64,000 nt of DNA. It comes from Candidatus Eiseniibacteriota bacterium. GTDB lineage: Bacteria; Eisenbacteria; RBG-16-71-46; CAIMUX01; VGJL01. The stretch is taken from assembly GCA_963792585.1 (NCBI GenBank), contig CAWBWI010000001.1, forward strand, positions 1,536,001-1,600,000, read 5' to 3'. A program made the translations under genes and the position numbers. Shown in pieces: positions 53,237 to 64,000 of this stretch (position 1 is its first letter; every line of letters starts with the position of its first letter). A model generated the notes under the pieces. That model had not been told where the DNA came from. It did no database searches and was given only the letters and a program-made list of their open reading frames with translations.

Positions 53237-54332
53237 GTGACGCCGACGATGATGAACGTACGGGCCAAGGGCCCTATCGCAATCGTTCTGGGGAGCATCC
53301 TCATCTGTGCCGGATCCCTCCTGGCCCTCGAAGGAGCGGGACGGCTTCTGATGCACGCCAAGTACGGTGTGCCCGGAAAGCGGTATGGGCGCTGGCGCTC
53401 CGACCCGGTCCTGGGCGCGCGGATGGCCGAGAACGTCTACGACCACCGCTGGAGCACCAACGACCGGGGGTTCCGCAACGACGAGGACCTGATCGATCCC
53501 AAGCCGTCGGGCGCCATGCGGGTCGTCTGCTACGGCGGGTCGACGACGTTGTGCTGGAATCTCCCCACCCGTGAGACGTGGCCCGCGCGGCTCGAAGAGC
53601 GCATCCGCGACGCGTCCGGGAATCGCTCGCATCAGGTCCTGAACGCGGGCGACATCCTCTGGTCGATCGGCCCGATCCTCGCGCGCGCGCGGACGGAGCT
53701 TCCAGCGCTGAAGCCCGACTACGTGGTTCTCTATACCGGCGTCAACGAGGAAGCCAATGCAGCGCTTCTCGCCGCGTCCGGCATGAAGATGGAGACGCTG
53801 GTGAAGGCCGGGCGCTTTGGCGTCTTCTCGAAGAATCTGCCGCAGAACTCATGGCTCGCCCGGAACAGCCTCCTCTACAAGGTCGCGAACAAATGGGTGA
53901 TCGTCCCACTGGTCCGTAGGTGGAAACACTGGAGCCACGACCGCTGGTCCGAGCTGCTCCTGACGGAGAGCGGCCCTGAGCACCCTCCGGTTCCGCCCGA
54001 TCCCTATGCAATGGAGAACTACCTCCACGTGCTCCGGGACCTGATCACCCTGTGCCGGGACAATGGCGCGACCCCCGATCTTCGTGATCGAAGCCAGGGG
54101 TCTCGCGACGGTCGGGCTGGAGACGTTCACAACCTATTCGCGCGCGGGAGGGCTGCTCGCGCAGGAATTGGGGGTGGAGGTCGTCGACGCGCAGGCGATG
54201 GTGGAAGCATACCCCGGCGAACGGATGGACCTCTTCTACGCCTCGGGAATCCACTTCTCGGCGCAAGGGGCCGCCCTCCTCGCCGATCGGATCTTCGAGC
54301 AGATCTATCTGCCGGTGATCCAAGATCCCTGA
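53237..54332 (+). CDS. Membrane-anchored SGNH/GDSL hydrolase-family protein; apparent frameshift in the C-run near 54072
   Basis: TNDRGFR, CYGGSTT (block I), [19 protein letters not shown] in second frame. Confidence 0.8.
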
Positions 54333-54359
54333 GCCAGGAATGCCCCACAGGAATGGAGC

Positions 54360-54387
54360 GGCCGCCCGGGATCGCTCCCGGGCGGCC
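54360..54387. terminator. Perfect hairpin between the convergent SGNH gene and asnA
   Basis: GGCCGCCCGGGA-TCGC-TCCCGGGCGGCC. Confidence 0.55.
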
Positions 54388-54412
54388 GGTGGATCATCCG
54401 GGCGTCGCTCGA

Positions 54413-55551
54413 CTACTCGAGCACGTGGATGTTCTTCTTCGCGCAGATCTCCTTGAGCTCCTTCGGCCACACGGTGACGCTGACCTCGCCGAGGTGCGCC
54501 TTGCGCAGCAGCAGCATCGTCGGTCCGCGACTGGCCGATGCCGCCGCCGATCGAGAGCGGGATCTGGTCGTTCAGGATCGCCTGGTGGTACGGCAGCTTC
54601 AGGAAGTCGATCTGCCCGATGATCTCGAGCTGCTGCTTCAGCGTCTCCTTCGTGACGCGGATCCCCATCGAGGTCAGCTCGTGGCGGCGCTTCGTGACCG
54701 GGTTCCAGACCAGGATGTCGCCGTTCAGTCCGTGCATCGTGCTTGCCCGTGTCCGACTGCGCGGTCGGCGTGACCCAGTCGTCGTAGTCGGCGGCGCGCA
54801 TCTCGTGCGGGTAGCCGTCCTTCAGCACCCAGCCGATCCCGATGATGAAGATCGCCGGGTACTTCTCGGAGACGATCTTCGTCTCGCGCTGCTTGCGCGG
54901 CAGGTCCGGGTACATCTCGAGGATCTCCTCGGCGTGCAGGAACGTCAGCTCGTCGGGAAGCTCGGGATAGCGCGGGTCCTTGAGCTTCGGGAACTCCTTC
55001 AGGACCATCGTCTCGGCGCCCTTGATCACCTTCCAGATCTTCCGGACGGTGTCCTTCAGGGAGTCGAGGTTGCGCATGTCGGCGGTGATCACCTTCTCCC
55101 AGTCCCACTGGTCGACGTACGAGCTGTGGTCGTGGTCGAGGAAGTAGTCCTTGCGGACCGCGCGCATGTCGGTGTTGATGCCCTCGCCGACGTCGCAGTC
55201 GAACTGCTTGAGCGCCATCCGCTTCCACTTGGTCGCCGCCTGCACGACCTGCGCCTCGATGCGCTTGTCGAGGCCGAGCCCGCACGGGAAGTCGATCGGC
55301 GTGCGCGAGCCGTCGCGGTCGAGGTAGTCGTTGACGCCGCTGTCCTTCGTCACGATCAGCGGCACCTCGACGGGGAAGAGGTTCAGCTCCTTGTTGAGAC
55401 CCTGTCCTCGATGTAGCGCTTGACTGCGTAGGTCGCCTTCGCGGTCTCCTTCGTGTCGAGCAGCGACCGGTAGTCGCGTGGGGAGGATCTTCTCGACCTC
55501 CTGGTAGGTGCTGATGCCCGGACCGGCGAGGTCGGCCTTCTTGTCCGCCAT
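54413..55551 (-). CDS. asnA: Aspartate-ammonia ligase (asparagine synthetase A); several apparent frameshifts
   Basis: [66 protein letters not shown]. Confidence 0.93.
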
Positions 55552-55738
55552 GATTCCTCCTCCCAATGAGCCCATCCATGGAGTCCGTCGACAGCGCGAC
55601 TCCGGTCCAACACTCACGGCGATTGGGGGTTCCGATCGAACAACGAGGTAAGACGGATCCAGCCCCAAACCGCAGCCACCACCACGTCCCGGTCCGGTGG
55701 GCCTTCCACGGGCCCCGGACCGCCCTTGGGCCGAGTGA

Positions 55739-55767
55739 AAGGTACCCCGGGCGGCCGGGGAATTCAA
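55739..55767 (-). promoter_or_regulatory. Sigma70-type asnA promoter with palindromic spacer
   Basis: TTGAAT-N17-TACCTT; spacer contains CCCCGG-N4-CCGGGG. Confidence 0.6.
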
Positions 55768-55836
55768 CACCGGCCTGCCCCCTGCGCCCCGCCCCCGGCT
55801 CCCCCGATCGCTCGGCAGCCGTGCTATCCTCCGGCC

Positions 55837-56361
55837 ATGGAAAGCCACAGGCACATCGCGATTCTCTCGACCGGCGGCACGATCGAGAAGACCTACAACG
55901 AGTCGGACGGGACGCTGGCCAACCAGCGCAGTGTCCTGGAAATCATGCTCGCCTCCCTGATCCTCCATGGGGTCAAGGTCAGCCGGGTACCGGTGATGAA
56001 CGTCGACTCTGTCGATATGACTGATGCCGACCACGAACGGATCGTCAAGGTGGCCGGGGCCTATGCGGAGTCGCACGACGGTCTGCTCATCACCCATGGA
56101 ACCGACCGCCTGTCGATTACGGGCGAACTGCTCGTCCAGCGGCTCGGGGAAAATCCGCCGATTCCGATCGTCTTGACCGGGGCGATGCGCCCCTACGAGC
56201 TCAGGAATACCGATGCGGTCCAGAATCTGACCGAGGCGCTCCTGGCGGTTCAGATCCTACCCCCCGGGATCTATGCGGTTCTCCATAACGTCGCCCTGAG
56301 GTTCCCGGGGGTCGTGAAGGACCACAAGCGGATGACCTTCCGGCGGGTCACGGGCAGCTAG
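55837..56361 (+). CDS. Short single-domain L-asparaginase
   Basis: STGGTIEK, DSVDMTD, THGTD, VLTGAMRP, DAVQN; 174 aa. Confidence 0.88.
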   Translation: MESHRHIAILSTGGTIEKTYNESDGTLANQRSVLEIMLASLILHGVKVSRVPVMNVDSVDMTDADHERIVKVAGAYAESHDGLLITHGTDRLSITGELLVQRLGENPPIPIVLTGAMRPYELRNTDAVQNLTEALLAVQILPPGIYAVLHNVALRFPGVVKDHKRMTFRRVTGS

Positions 56362-56428
56362 GCGGTTCGCAGCCTCCAGACGGGGAAATTGCGCGGGAAA
56401 GCTCGGGAAAACCCGGGAAAACTACCTG

Positions 56429-56457
56429 TTGCATCACCCCCCTCCCGAGTGTAAGAT
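56429..56457 (+). promoter_or_regulatory. Sigma70-type promoter preceded by phased CGGGAAA repeats
   Basis: TTGCAT-N17-TAAGAT. Confidence 0.65.
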
Positions 56458-56521
56458 GATTTACGCCCTCGCATTGGGGGCTTCCGGCGTGACCGTGCAC
56501 GAACTCGGGAGGATTCAACTT

Positions 56522-57085
56522 ATGAAGAAACTGGTAATGCTGTCTGTCTTGCTTCTGATCTCGACAAGCGCTCTGGCAGTCGAGTACACAGAGACGTGGG
56601 ATGATCCGCTTGGTGACTGGCGCACTCGTTGGGTCGCCCTGAACACCAACATGCAGAACTACTATGTCTGCACCGGTGGTGGGGACGAGAACCAGCGCGG
56701 CAACAATCCCTGCGGTATTTGGATCTGTGACGGCGCGCCCGACACGCAGTCCATCATCAACTTCGATCCGACATTCGGTGCGAGCATCACGGTTTTCGAG
56801 ATTGGTATCCAAGCTTTCACCGATGCGACGCTCAACGTCTATGACCCGTCGAACAACCTGATCGGCTCCGATGTCCTGGTCATGGACTTCAGCAGCCCTT
56901 ACGGTTGCTACTGCACACTCCACACGTTCAACACCCCCAACGGTGTTGGTCGCTTCGAGATCGTGCCGAACGCCGGAGGCCAGGTCGAAGGGAACATGGC
57001 GGTCGACAACATGCGGGTCGTGGCCGGAGAGCCGGTTGCGACCACGCAGACAACCTGGGGAGTCGTCAAGGCCCTCTATCGGTAG
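56522..57085 (+). CDS. Small secreted protein with C-terminal PVATTQTTWGVVKALYR motif
   Basis: GGAGG RBS, MKK signal peptide, own promoter and terminator. Confidence 0.85.
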   Translation: MKKLVMLSVLLLISTSALAVEYTETWDDPLGDWRTRWVALNTNMQNYYVCTGGGDENQRGNNPCGIWICDGAPDTQSIINFDPTFGASITVFEIGIQAFTDATLNVYDPSNNLIGSDVLVMDFSSPYGCYCTLHTFNTPNGVGRFEIVPNAGGQVEGNMAVDNMRVVAGEPVATTQTTWGVVKALYR

Positions 57086-57113
57086 CCTGCATCGCAAAGC
57101 GATCGAGCAAGTT

Positions 57114-57153
57114 GAGAAGGGGTTGGGTCCGATACCCAACCCCTTTCTCTTTC
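57114..57153 (+). terminator. Intrinsic terminator, possibly bidirectional
   Basis: AAGGGGTTGGGT-CCGAT-ACCCAACCCCTT followed by TCTCTTTC. Confidence 0.8.
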
Positions 57154-57196
57154 GTCCGCGGAGCCTACCGGGAGCCGAAACCGGACCCGGTCCCGT

Positions 57197-60100
57197 CTAG
57201 CTCGTGGCTGTTCCCGACGTTCTGCGGGTCTCCAGCCAGTAGTAGACCACCGGCAGGACGATCAGCGTCAGCAGGGTCGAGGTCACCAGCCCGCCCATCA
57301 CCACGACGGCCAGCGGCTTCTGGATGTCCGCGCCCGATCCGGTCGCGTAGAGCATCGGGAGATGCCCGATGAAGCTCACGAGCGCGGTCATGAAGAGGGG
57401 CTTGAAGCGAAGGCGGCACCCCTCGATCACGGTCTCCCGAGCGCCTCGCACCCTCGCTCCTTGAGCTGCCGGAAGAACGCAAGGAGCACGACGCCGTTCT
57501 GCACGGCGATCCCGAGCAGCACGATGAAGGCCACGGCCGCCGATACGGAGAGATGCATGCGGAATGCGACCGCCGCGATCAGCCCCCCGACGAGCGCGAA
57601 GGGGAGGTTGAGGATGACGAGGGCCGAGTTGCGGACCGAACCCAGGGCCGAGTAGAGAAGCAGCGCGATGAGCAGCAGCACGATCGGGACCACGATCGCG
57701 AGCTGCCGCATCGCCCGCTGCTGGTTCTCGAACTGCCCCCCGTAGCGCACGAAGTAGCCGGGCGGAAGGGACGCCTGCGATCTCCTGCATGCTCCCCTGC
57801 ACCTCGGAGACGAATCCACCCAGGTCGCGCCCGCGGACGTTCGCCTCCACGACCACACGGCGCATCCCGTTCTCGCGGCTCACCTGCGCTGGTCCGTCTC
57901 GCTGGACGATCCGGCTGATCTGAGCCAGCGGAACCCGTTCGCCGCCCGGGTGCGGATACCAGGAGTCCTTGAAGGGCCACCACCTCGTGCCGGGCCCCCT
58001 CCTCGAAACGGACGGTGATCGGGAAGCGCTGCTGCCCCTCGATGAAGGTGCTGACCGCCCGCCCGGCGACTCCGGTCTCGAGCAGCTCGTTGACCTCGGA
58101 GGTGTTCAGGCCGTAGCGCGCCATGGCCGCTCGGTCCAGCTCCACCGTCTCCTGCGTCATTCCCGAGATCTGCTCCACCTTGACGTCGCGGGCCCCGGGC
58201 ACGTCGTTCAGAACGGCCGCCGCAGCGTCCGCGTACTCCTTCAGCAGATCCAGGTCGGGACCGAAGATCTTGACCGCGAGGTCGCTCTTGACCCCCGAGA
58301 TCAGCTCGTTGACGCGAAGGGCGATCGGCTGCGAGAAGGACAGGCGCAGATCCCGGGATCGCCGAGAGCTCGCCGTTGATCGCCTCGATCAGTTCCTGCT
58401 TGTCGCGGCCGGTCTTCCAGTGCTTCCGGGGCTTCAGCATGATGAAGACGTCGCTCTGTTCGGGTCCCATCGGATCCTCGGAAATCTCCGCCCGCCCGGT
58501 CTTGGTGACCACGGTCGCGACTTCCGGGAAGCGCATGACCCGTTTCTCGATCTCTTGCGCGATCACGACGGAACCGTCGAGGGAGGCGTTCGGCAATCGC
58601 ACGACGTTGATCGCGATCGCCCCCTCGTCGAGGGTCGGGAATGAACTCCATCCCGAGAAACGGCAGGAATCCCACGGACAGCAGGAGCACGAGGAGCGCG
58701 ACCCCCATCGTCCGTTTCGGGCGCCGCATCGCCCGCTCCGAGGAAGCGAAGGTAGCCGTGGTGGAAGCGCCGGACGAATCCGAACTCCCGCTCCCGGCTG
58801 GTTCGCAGGACCCACTCGGAGAGCGGGGGTATGATCGTCATCGCCACCACGAGCGATGTGAGCAGGGCGAGCAGCAGCGTCATCGCCAGGGGCCAGAACA
58901 TCTTCCCCTCGACCCCCTGAAGCGTGAAGAGCGGCACGAGGACGAGAGCGATGATCAGCACCGAGAACGCGACCGGCCGCGCCACCTCCGCGAGGGCCGA
59001 CAGGACGATCGCCCTCCTCTTCTCCGTCGATGCCGCGCTCGGCCAGGTGCCGGCGGATGTTCTCCACGATCACGATCGAAGCATCTACGACCATCCCCAC
59101 GGAGAAGGCGAGGCCTCCGAGGCTCATCAGGTTCGCGGAGATGTTCATGGGACGCATGAGCAGGAAGGTGAAGAGGAAGGTGATCGGGAGCGATAGCACC
59201 ACGATGAGGGCCGTCCGCAGCTCGGCGAGGAAGAGGAAGAGAACGAGAATGACAAGCACGGCTCCCATGAGGAGGGCGTCCATGACCGTCTTGATGCAGG
59301 CTTCGATCAACTCGGTGCGGTCGTAGAAGACGTCGATGCGCGTCCCCTTGGGCAGCCCGCCCTGGATGCGATGGACCGCCTCCTTGACCCGTTCCACGAC
59401 GGTCTTGGAGTTTTCCCCGCGCAGCATGATCGCCATGCCGGCGACCGTCTCTCCCTTTCCGTCGCGCGACACGGCCCCTTGGCGGGTCACGGCGCCGATC
59501 CCCACCTCGGCCACGTCCCGCAGGAAGACCGGCGTGCCGTCGCTCGCCTTCAGCACGACCGTTTCGATGTCCTCCATGGACTGAAGATGCCGCGGCCGAC
59601 GACGTAGAACTGCTCCCACCCCTTCACGATGTAGCCCGCGCCGGCGTTGGCGTTGTTCGCCTCCACCGCCTCGATCACGTCGCGCAGGGAGAGGCCGTAC
59701 TTGACGAGCCTCTCCGGGTGGACGCGGATCTCGTACTGCTTGGCGAATCCGCCGAAGCTGTTCACTTCCGTCACCCCGGGAACGCTGCGAAGCTGGGGTG
59801 CGATGAGCCAGTCCTGAATGCGTCCTACGTTCCATCGCCGAGAGGCTGTCGCCCTCGATCGTGTACTGAAAGATCTCCCCGAGACCCGTGCTCAAGGGGG
59901 CCATCTCCGGCTCGATCCCTTCGGGGAGCGCGTCTCGGGCCTCCTGGAGCCGCTCGAAGACGACCTGGCGCGCGAAGTAGGGATCGACCGAATCCTCGAA
60001 GACGATGATGACCTGCGAGAGCCCCGCGCGAGAGAGGGAGCGGACGAGCCGGACTCGAGGCAGCCCTCCCATCTGCTGTTCGATCGGATAGGTGATCCGC

Positions 60101-60286
60101 TGTTCGCATTCTTCGGTGGAGAGCCCCGGCGCCTTGCTCAGGACCATCACCTGGATATTCGTCACATCCGGGAACGCGTCGATCGGAAGCCGCGTCCAGG
60201 CCACCGACGCCGAGCACGGCGAGGAGGAGCCCGGCGCCAAGAACCGACCACCTGCGCCGCAGGAGAGCGCTGAAGAATCTGACCAT
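57197..60286 (-). CDS. czcA: CzcA/CusA heavy-metal efflux RND permease; multiple apparent frameshifts
   Basis: LPIDAFPDVTNIQV, STGLGEIFQY, NLMSLGGLA, GMVVDASIVIVEN, GVEGKMF, DEGA, GGQFENQQRA, GIAVQNG, QKPLAVVVMGGL. Confidence 0.88.
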
Positions 60287-60309
60287 TCGTTAGCTCCTCA
60301 TCCGGCGGT

Positions 60310-61697
60310 TCAGTCCGCGCATCCTGCACCCATCTTCGAGCGCAGCACGTCCGACTTCAGCGCGAAGGCGCCCCTGCTCACGACGACGTCCCCGTCGGCC
60401 AGCCCCTGGGTCACCTCCACCCACTCGTCCCAGGCACGGCCGGTCAGCACCGGGCGCCGAACGAAGTACGGGGGCTCGGCCGGAACGAAGACGAAGGCGC
60501 GACCCTCGTCCTCGAGGACCGCCTCCGCCGGCACCGTCAGCGCCTGCTCGGACCCGTTCTCGTGAAGATGCACGCGGGCGAACATACCGGACCGCAGGAG
60601 CCCTTCCGGATTCTCCACGACGACCCGCACCCGGGTCGTACGGGTCGCTTCGTCCACGATCCCGCTCACCCGCTCGACGCGCCCGGAGAAGATCCCGCCC
60701 GGGATAGGCAGGCACCTCGACATGCGCGAGAACCGTCCCGTTCGCCTGTTCCCGCAGAAGTCCGGCCAACTCCCGCTCGTACAGACTCGTCCAGACCCAC
60801 ATTTCGGAGGTGTCCCCGAGAAGGAGAAGCTGCTGCCCCGGCTCGACGAGCGCGCCCATGCTGAGGTTCCGCTCGAGGACCGTCCCGTCGAAGGGCGCCT
60901 CTCACGGGGAGGGCGCCCGCCATGGCGCCATCGGTGGTCAGATCCATGATCTCCCGCGCCGTCAGGCCGCAGGCGAGGAGTCGTTCCCGCGGCTGCCTGG
61001 CTCGTCGCCGCGGCTCCGTCTCTGGCCGCCTCGGCCTCCAGCAGGTCCTTGCGCGGGCAGATCTTCTTTTCGTAGAGATCGCGCTCCCGCTCCGCGTACC
61101 CTCCGCGAGCTTCAGTGAAGCGCGCGCGATCAGGTAGGCGGATCTCGCTTCGCCGAACTCGGGGCTATCCACCGTGAAGAGGACCTGGCCACGGCGGACG
61201 TGCGCACCCAGGTCGACGAGGATCGAGCGCACCGTTCCCGTCATCCGGGGACTCAGGTACGCGGCGCGCTCTTCGTTCAGGCGGACCTCGCCGTTGTGCG
61301 CTACCGACTCTTCCGTCGTCCTGCGGACGGCGCGAGCCGTCTGCAACGGTCCGTCCTCATCCAGAAGATCGGGCGCTACCTTGACGATCCCGACTTCGTA
61401 GCGGCACTCGTCGCACTGGTAGGTAAAGGTCCCGTGCTCGCAACGATCCCCCAGCAGATCATCGATCGGTCGGTCGAGGTCGGAGACCCCTTCTTCCTCA
61501 CCCTCGACGTGGCCCTCTCCCTCCGCTCCGTGTTCGTGATCCGCGGCGTGTGGGATTTCATTCGAGGCAGTGGCCGCGGCGGCGCCGGCGACCTCGCCCC
61601 GATCCTTGATGCAGCCGGCCCCCATGATGGAGCCGACGGTGAGGACGAGAATGATCGTCATCAGCATCCTGATGGAGGAACTCTGGATGGTGTTCAT
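60310..61697 (-). CDS. czcB: CzcB/CusB-type membrane fusion protein with His/Cys-rich N-terminus; apparent frameshifts
   Basis: HAADHEHG, CEHG..CDEC, G..VRRGQVL, DEATRT, LLRSGMF, C-terminal GAGCAD. Confidence 0.82.
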
Positions 61698-63025
61698 CGG
61701 GACTCTCCTTCACGGTGACTCGAACCTTGGCCGACCAGTCGAGCGAGGTCCGCGCGCGCGGTCCAGACAGACCGCCAGCGCGTCGATGTACTCCAACCGG
61801 GCTTGCAGGAGCGAACCGTCGGGCATCGATCAGATCGAGGAGACCGAACTTCCCCCGTCGATATCCTTCATGCACGGACTCGTGGACCGCATGCGCGCGC
61901 GGAAGGCTCTCTTCTCGGAGGCTGCGCGACGTCTCGAGCGCGAGCGCCAGCGCGTCGTACGCGGTCGCGCGGGCAAGTACGATCCTGCTCTGGGCCGCTG
62001 CCCGCCCGGCGCGCGCCTGCTGGAGCCGGGCACGGGTCTCATCGAGGGCGCCGCCCTTGCGGTCAAACACGGGCAGGCTGAGACCGATGCCGGCCACGAA
62101 GCTCCGCTCGTTGGACGCGCGAAGCTGCCGAAGCCCGCCCCGGATCGCAACTTCCGGCAGACGCCCTCGTCCCGCGAGCCTCACATCCGCTTCGGCACGG
62201 TGTACTTCCGCGTCCGCAAGCCGGAGGTCGGGAAGTTCGGCGACGGCTGCGGCGAGCGAGTCCCGATCCGGCAGGCGGGGCGCGATCTCGAGCGATCCTC
62301 GAACCCCGGTGAAATCCGCCTCGCGACTCCCCCATAGCTGCGCCAGAGAACGAAGCGCACGCGCGTGATCGAATCGGGCGGCGAGCAGACGGGTCGTGAC
62401 CAAGACGCGCTCCGCCTCCGCTCGATCGACCTCGATCGGGGACACCTCCCCCGCCTCGACAAGCGCGCGTCACGGCACGAACGGTCTCGATCGCGAGGCT
62501 GTCATTCGCATCCAGCGCCTCGATACGCGATTGCGCGACGAGGACGTCCGCGAACCGTCGGTCGACCTCCGCCAGCAGATCGAGTTGGACGGCATCGGCC
62601 GACCAGAGCGCCGCATCATGGGCATGCTGCGCGGCCGAGGCTCGTGCGCCTCTCGTCCCGAAGATCTCGAGACGCTGCGCAACGGTCCAGGTGACCTCCG
62701 CCTCATCCCAACCCGGCCGATCTCCCCCGACTTCCTCTGCGTCGACCTCGATCTCCGGATTCGCCCAGGCTCGTGCCTGGCGGAGGCCTCCTCCCGCCGC
62801 GGCGGCCGCGCTTCGGGCAGCTTCCAGTTCCGGGCTCGATCCGAGCGCGCGTGCCCTGGCATCCGGAAGCGAAAGCAGGGGGCCTTCGACCCACGCGCGG
62901 GGACGGGGCGCCTCACCCGCGGATACGGCGACCGCAGTCGCATCGAGCGCACAAACGCGCGTCGCCAGGGGAAGCGGACTTGTGACGAGCGCCACAAGAA
63001 ACAGAAACTTGAGTCGTTGAATCAT
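61694..63025 (-). CDS. czcC: CzcC/TolC-type outer-membrane channel; apparent frameshifts
   Basis: SPEL, ANPEIE, SLPVFDR, GYRRGKFGLLDLIDA; stop overlaps czcB ATG. Confidence 0.82.
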
Positions 63026-63120
63026 TGTGCCCCCGGGAATACCCGAATCTGTCATACGTGGGCTGAATGCACCGGAAGGTGCAGCCACACGCCTGGGTGT
63101 TCAGCGAATCCGAGGGGAAA

Positions 63121-63552
63121 TCAGATGAGGAGGGTCGTCGAACGCAGTCGGAAGAGAATCGACTCCGAGCAGATCGATGAGGGGACTCCGCGATTGGTAT
63201 GGCTGACAACGGTGGGATAGGAAACCGTGATCGGCTGCCCCAGAGCACCGGCCGCGAAGTCTCGTGGATGCGCCGTCGGAGCTCCCTGCAGCAGAGGCGT
63301 ATCGTCGCAAACCGGCTCCCCGCCGGCCGGAGATAGAACGGGCATCGTATTCCACTCGAGGTGGCCACTACCGTCAATTGAAGGACCATCCGGCGCCACG
63401 GATCGGCAGCAGCAGCTGACTCGGGTGCCGAGGCCAAGATGTCCGTCGGTCCCCCGACAGATCGCAACATCGAATGCGCCCAGGCTGAGCAGGGTCAGAA
63501 TGAGGACCAGGGCCACGCAGGCACGGGGTCTCTGTAGGTCCAGCGGGTTCAT
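63121..63552 (-). CDS. Small exported Cys/His-containing protein upstream of czcCBA
   Basis: Hydrophobic N-terminus, ICRGTDGH, SCCC, CDDTP, ends LRSTTLLI. Confidence 0.65.
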   Translation of the reverse strand: MNPLDLQRPRACVALVLILTLLSLGAFDVAICRGTDGHLGLGTRVSCCCRSVAPDGPSIDGSGHLEWNTMPVLSPAGGEPVCDDTPLLQGAPTAHPRDFAAGALGQPITVSYPTVVSHTNRGVPSSICSESILFRLRSTTLLI

Positions 63553-63631
63553 GGTGATGATCGTACCATACATCTCTGCGCGTCGGAAGTTCCGCCCCGA
63601 CAGAGCTCCACCCCGACATGCGGGACGGAGC

Positions 63632-63661
63632 GACGGTCCGCGGGGCACCCCGCGGACCGTC
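63632..63661. terminator. Perfect GC-rich hairpin after the upstream gene
   Basis: GACGGTCCGCGGGG-CA-CCCCGCGGACCGTC. Confidence 0.55.
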
Positions 63662-63688
63662 ACGGATGGCGTCCCCCGCGTTTGACCC

Positions 63689-64000
63689 CTAGTCGCGGAC
63701 GTGCACCACCCGACGCACGAGATTCCCCTGGGGCGAGGAGAGGCGCACGAAGTACACGCCCCCGGGGGTGAGCGTTCTCTTCTCGTTGCGACCATCCCAG
63801 TGGACGAAACCGGGCGCCAGGAGTCCGTCCTCGAGGAGGGTCCGTACCTTGCGGCCCATCACATCGAAGACGTCGATGCGAGCCCGGACATCCCGCGAAT
63901 TCTCTCCGCCGAAGTACCGAACGGTCACGCCGTCCCCCGAGAAGAGACTGGGAGCTACGTCGAGCCGGAGTCCCGAAGGACGCGCATCGGGGTAGACCGC
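63689..64000 (-). CDS. 3' end of a protein with FlgD-Ig C-terminal domain (runs off the window)
   Basis: VFDVMGRKVRTLL...WDGRNEK...GGVYFVRL. Confidence 0.8.
   Translation of the reverse strand, partial: AVYPDARPSGLRLDVAPSLFSGDGVTVRYFGGENSRDVRARIDVFDVMGRKVRTLLEDGLLAPGFVHWDGRNEKRTLTPGGVYFVRLSSPQGNLVRRVVHVRD

Overview
High-GC bacterial chromosome segment with no rRNA, tRNA, CRISPR array or mobile element visible. The many secreted proteins with FlgD-Ig/T9SS-like C-terminal domains and a 'TWGxxKxLYR' tail suggest an FCB-related candidate phylum such as Eisenbacteria (inference only). Left to right the window holds: hflX; groEL/groES; a degenerate sigma54-activator-like protein; secreted proteins; and a sigma54 two-component pair. 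Next comes a ~31 kb hydrogen-metabolism island. Its minus arm carries a group 3b [NiFe] hydrogenase, a maturation protease, hypF, a receiver protein, hypA, hypB and a Vor-like 2-oxoacid:ferredoxin oxidoreductase. Its divergent plus arm carries a Hyc/Hyf-type group 4 membrane [NiFe] hydrogenase. That operon has no HycB/HyfA and instead begins with an FdhF-like protein lacking the catalytic residues plus a second AsrA/AsrB (HydB/HydG)-type NAD(P)H module, which is the most striking feature here. After the island are glnA, FG-GAP proteins, putative envelope-modifying membrane enzymes, divergent asnA and short asparaginase genes, and a czcCBA-type RND efflux operon. Several -24/-12 promoters and 7-3-7 palindromes point to a local sigma54 regulon. 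Frameshifts in groEL, vor, asnA, czc and three other genes are most likely sequencing or polishing errors. All functional calls come from motif recognition by eye; no searches were run.
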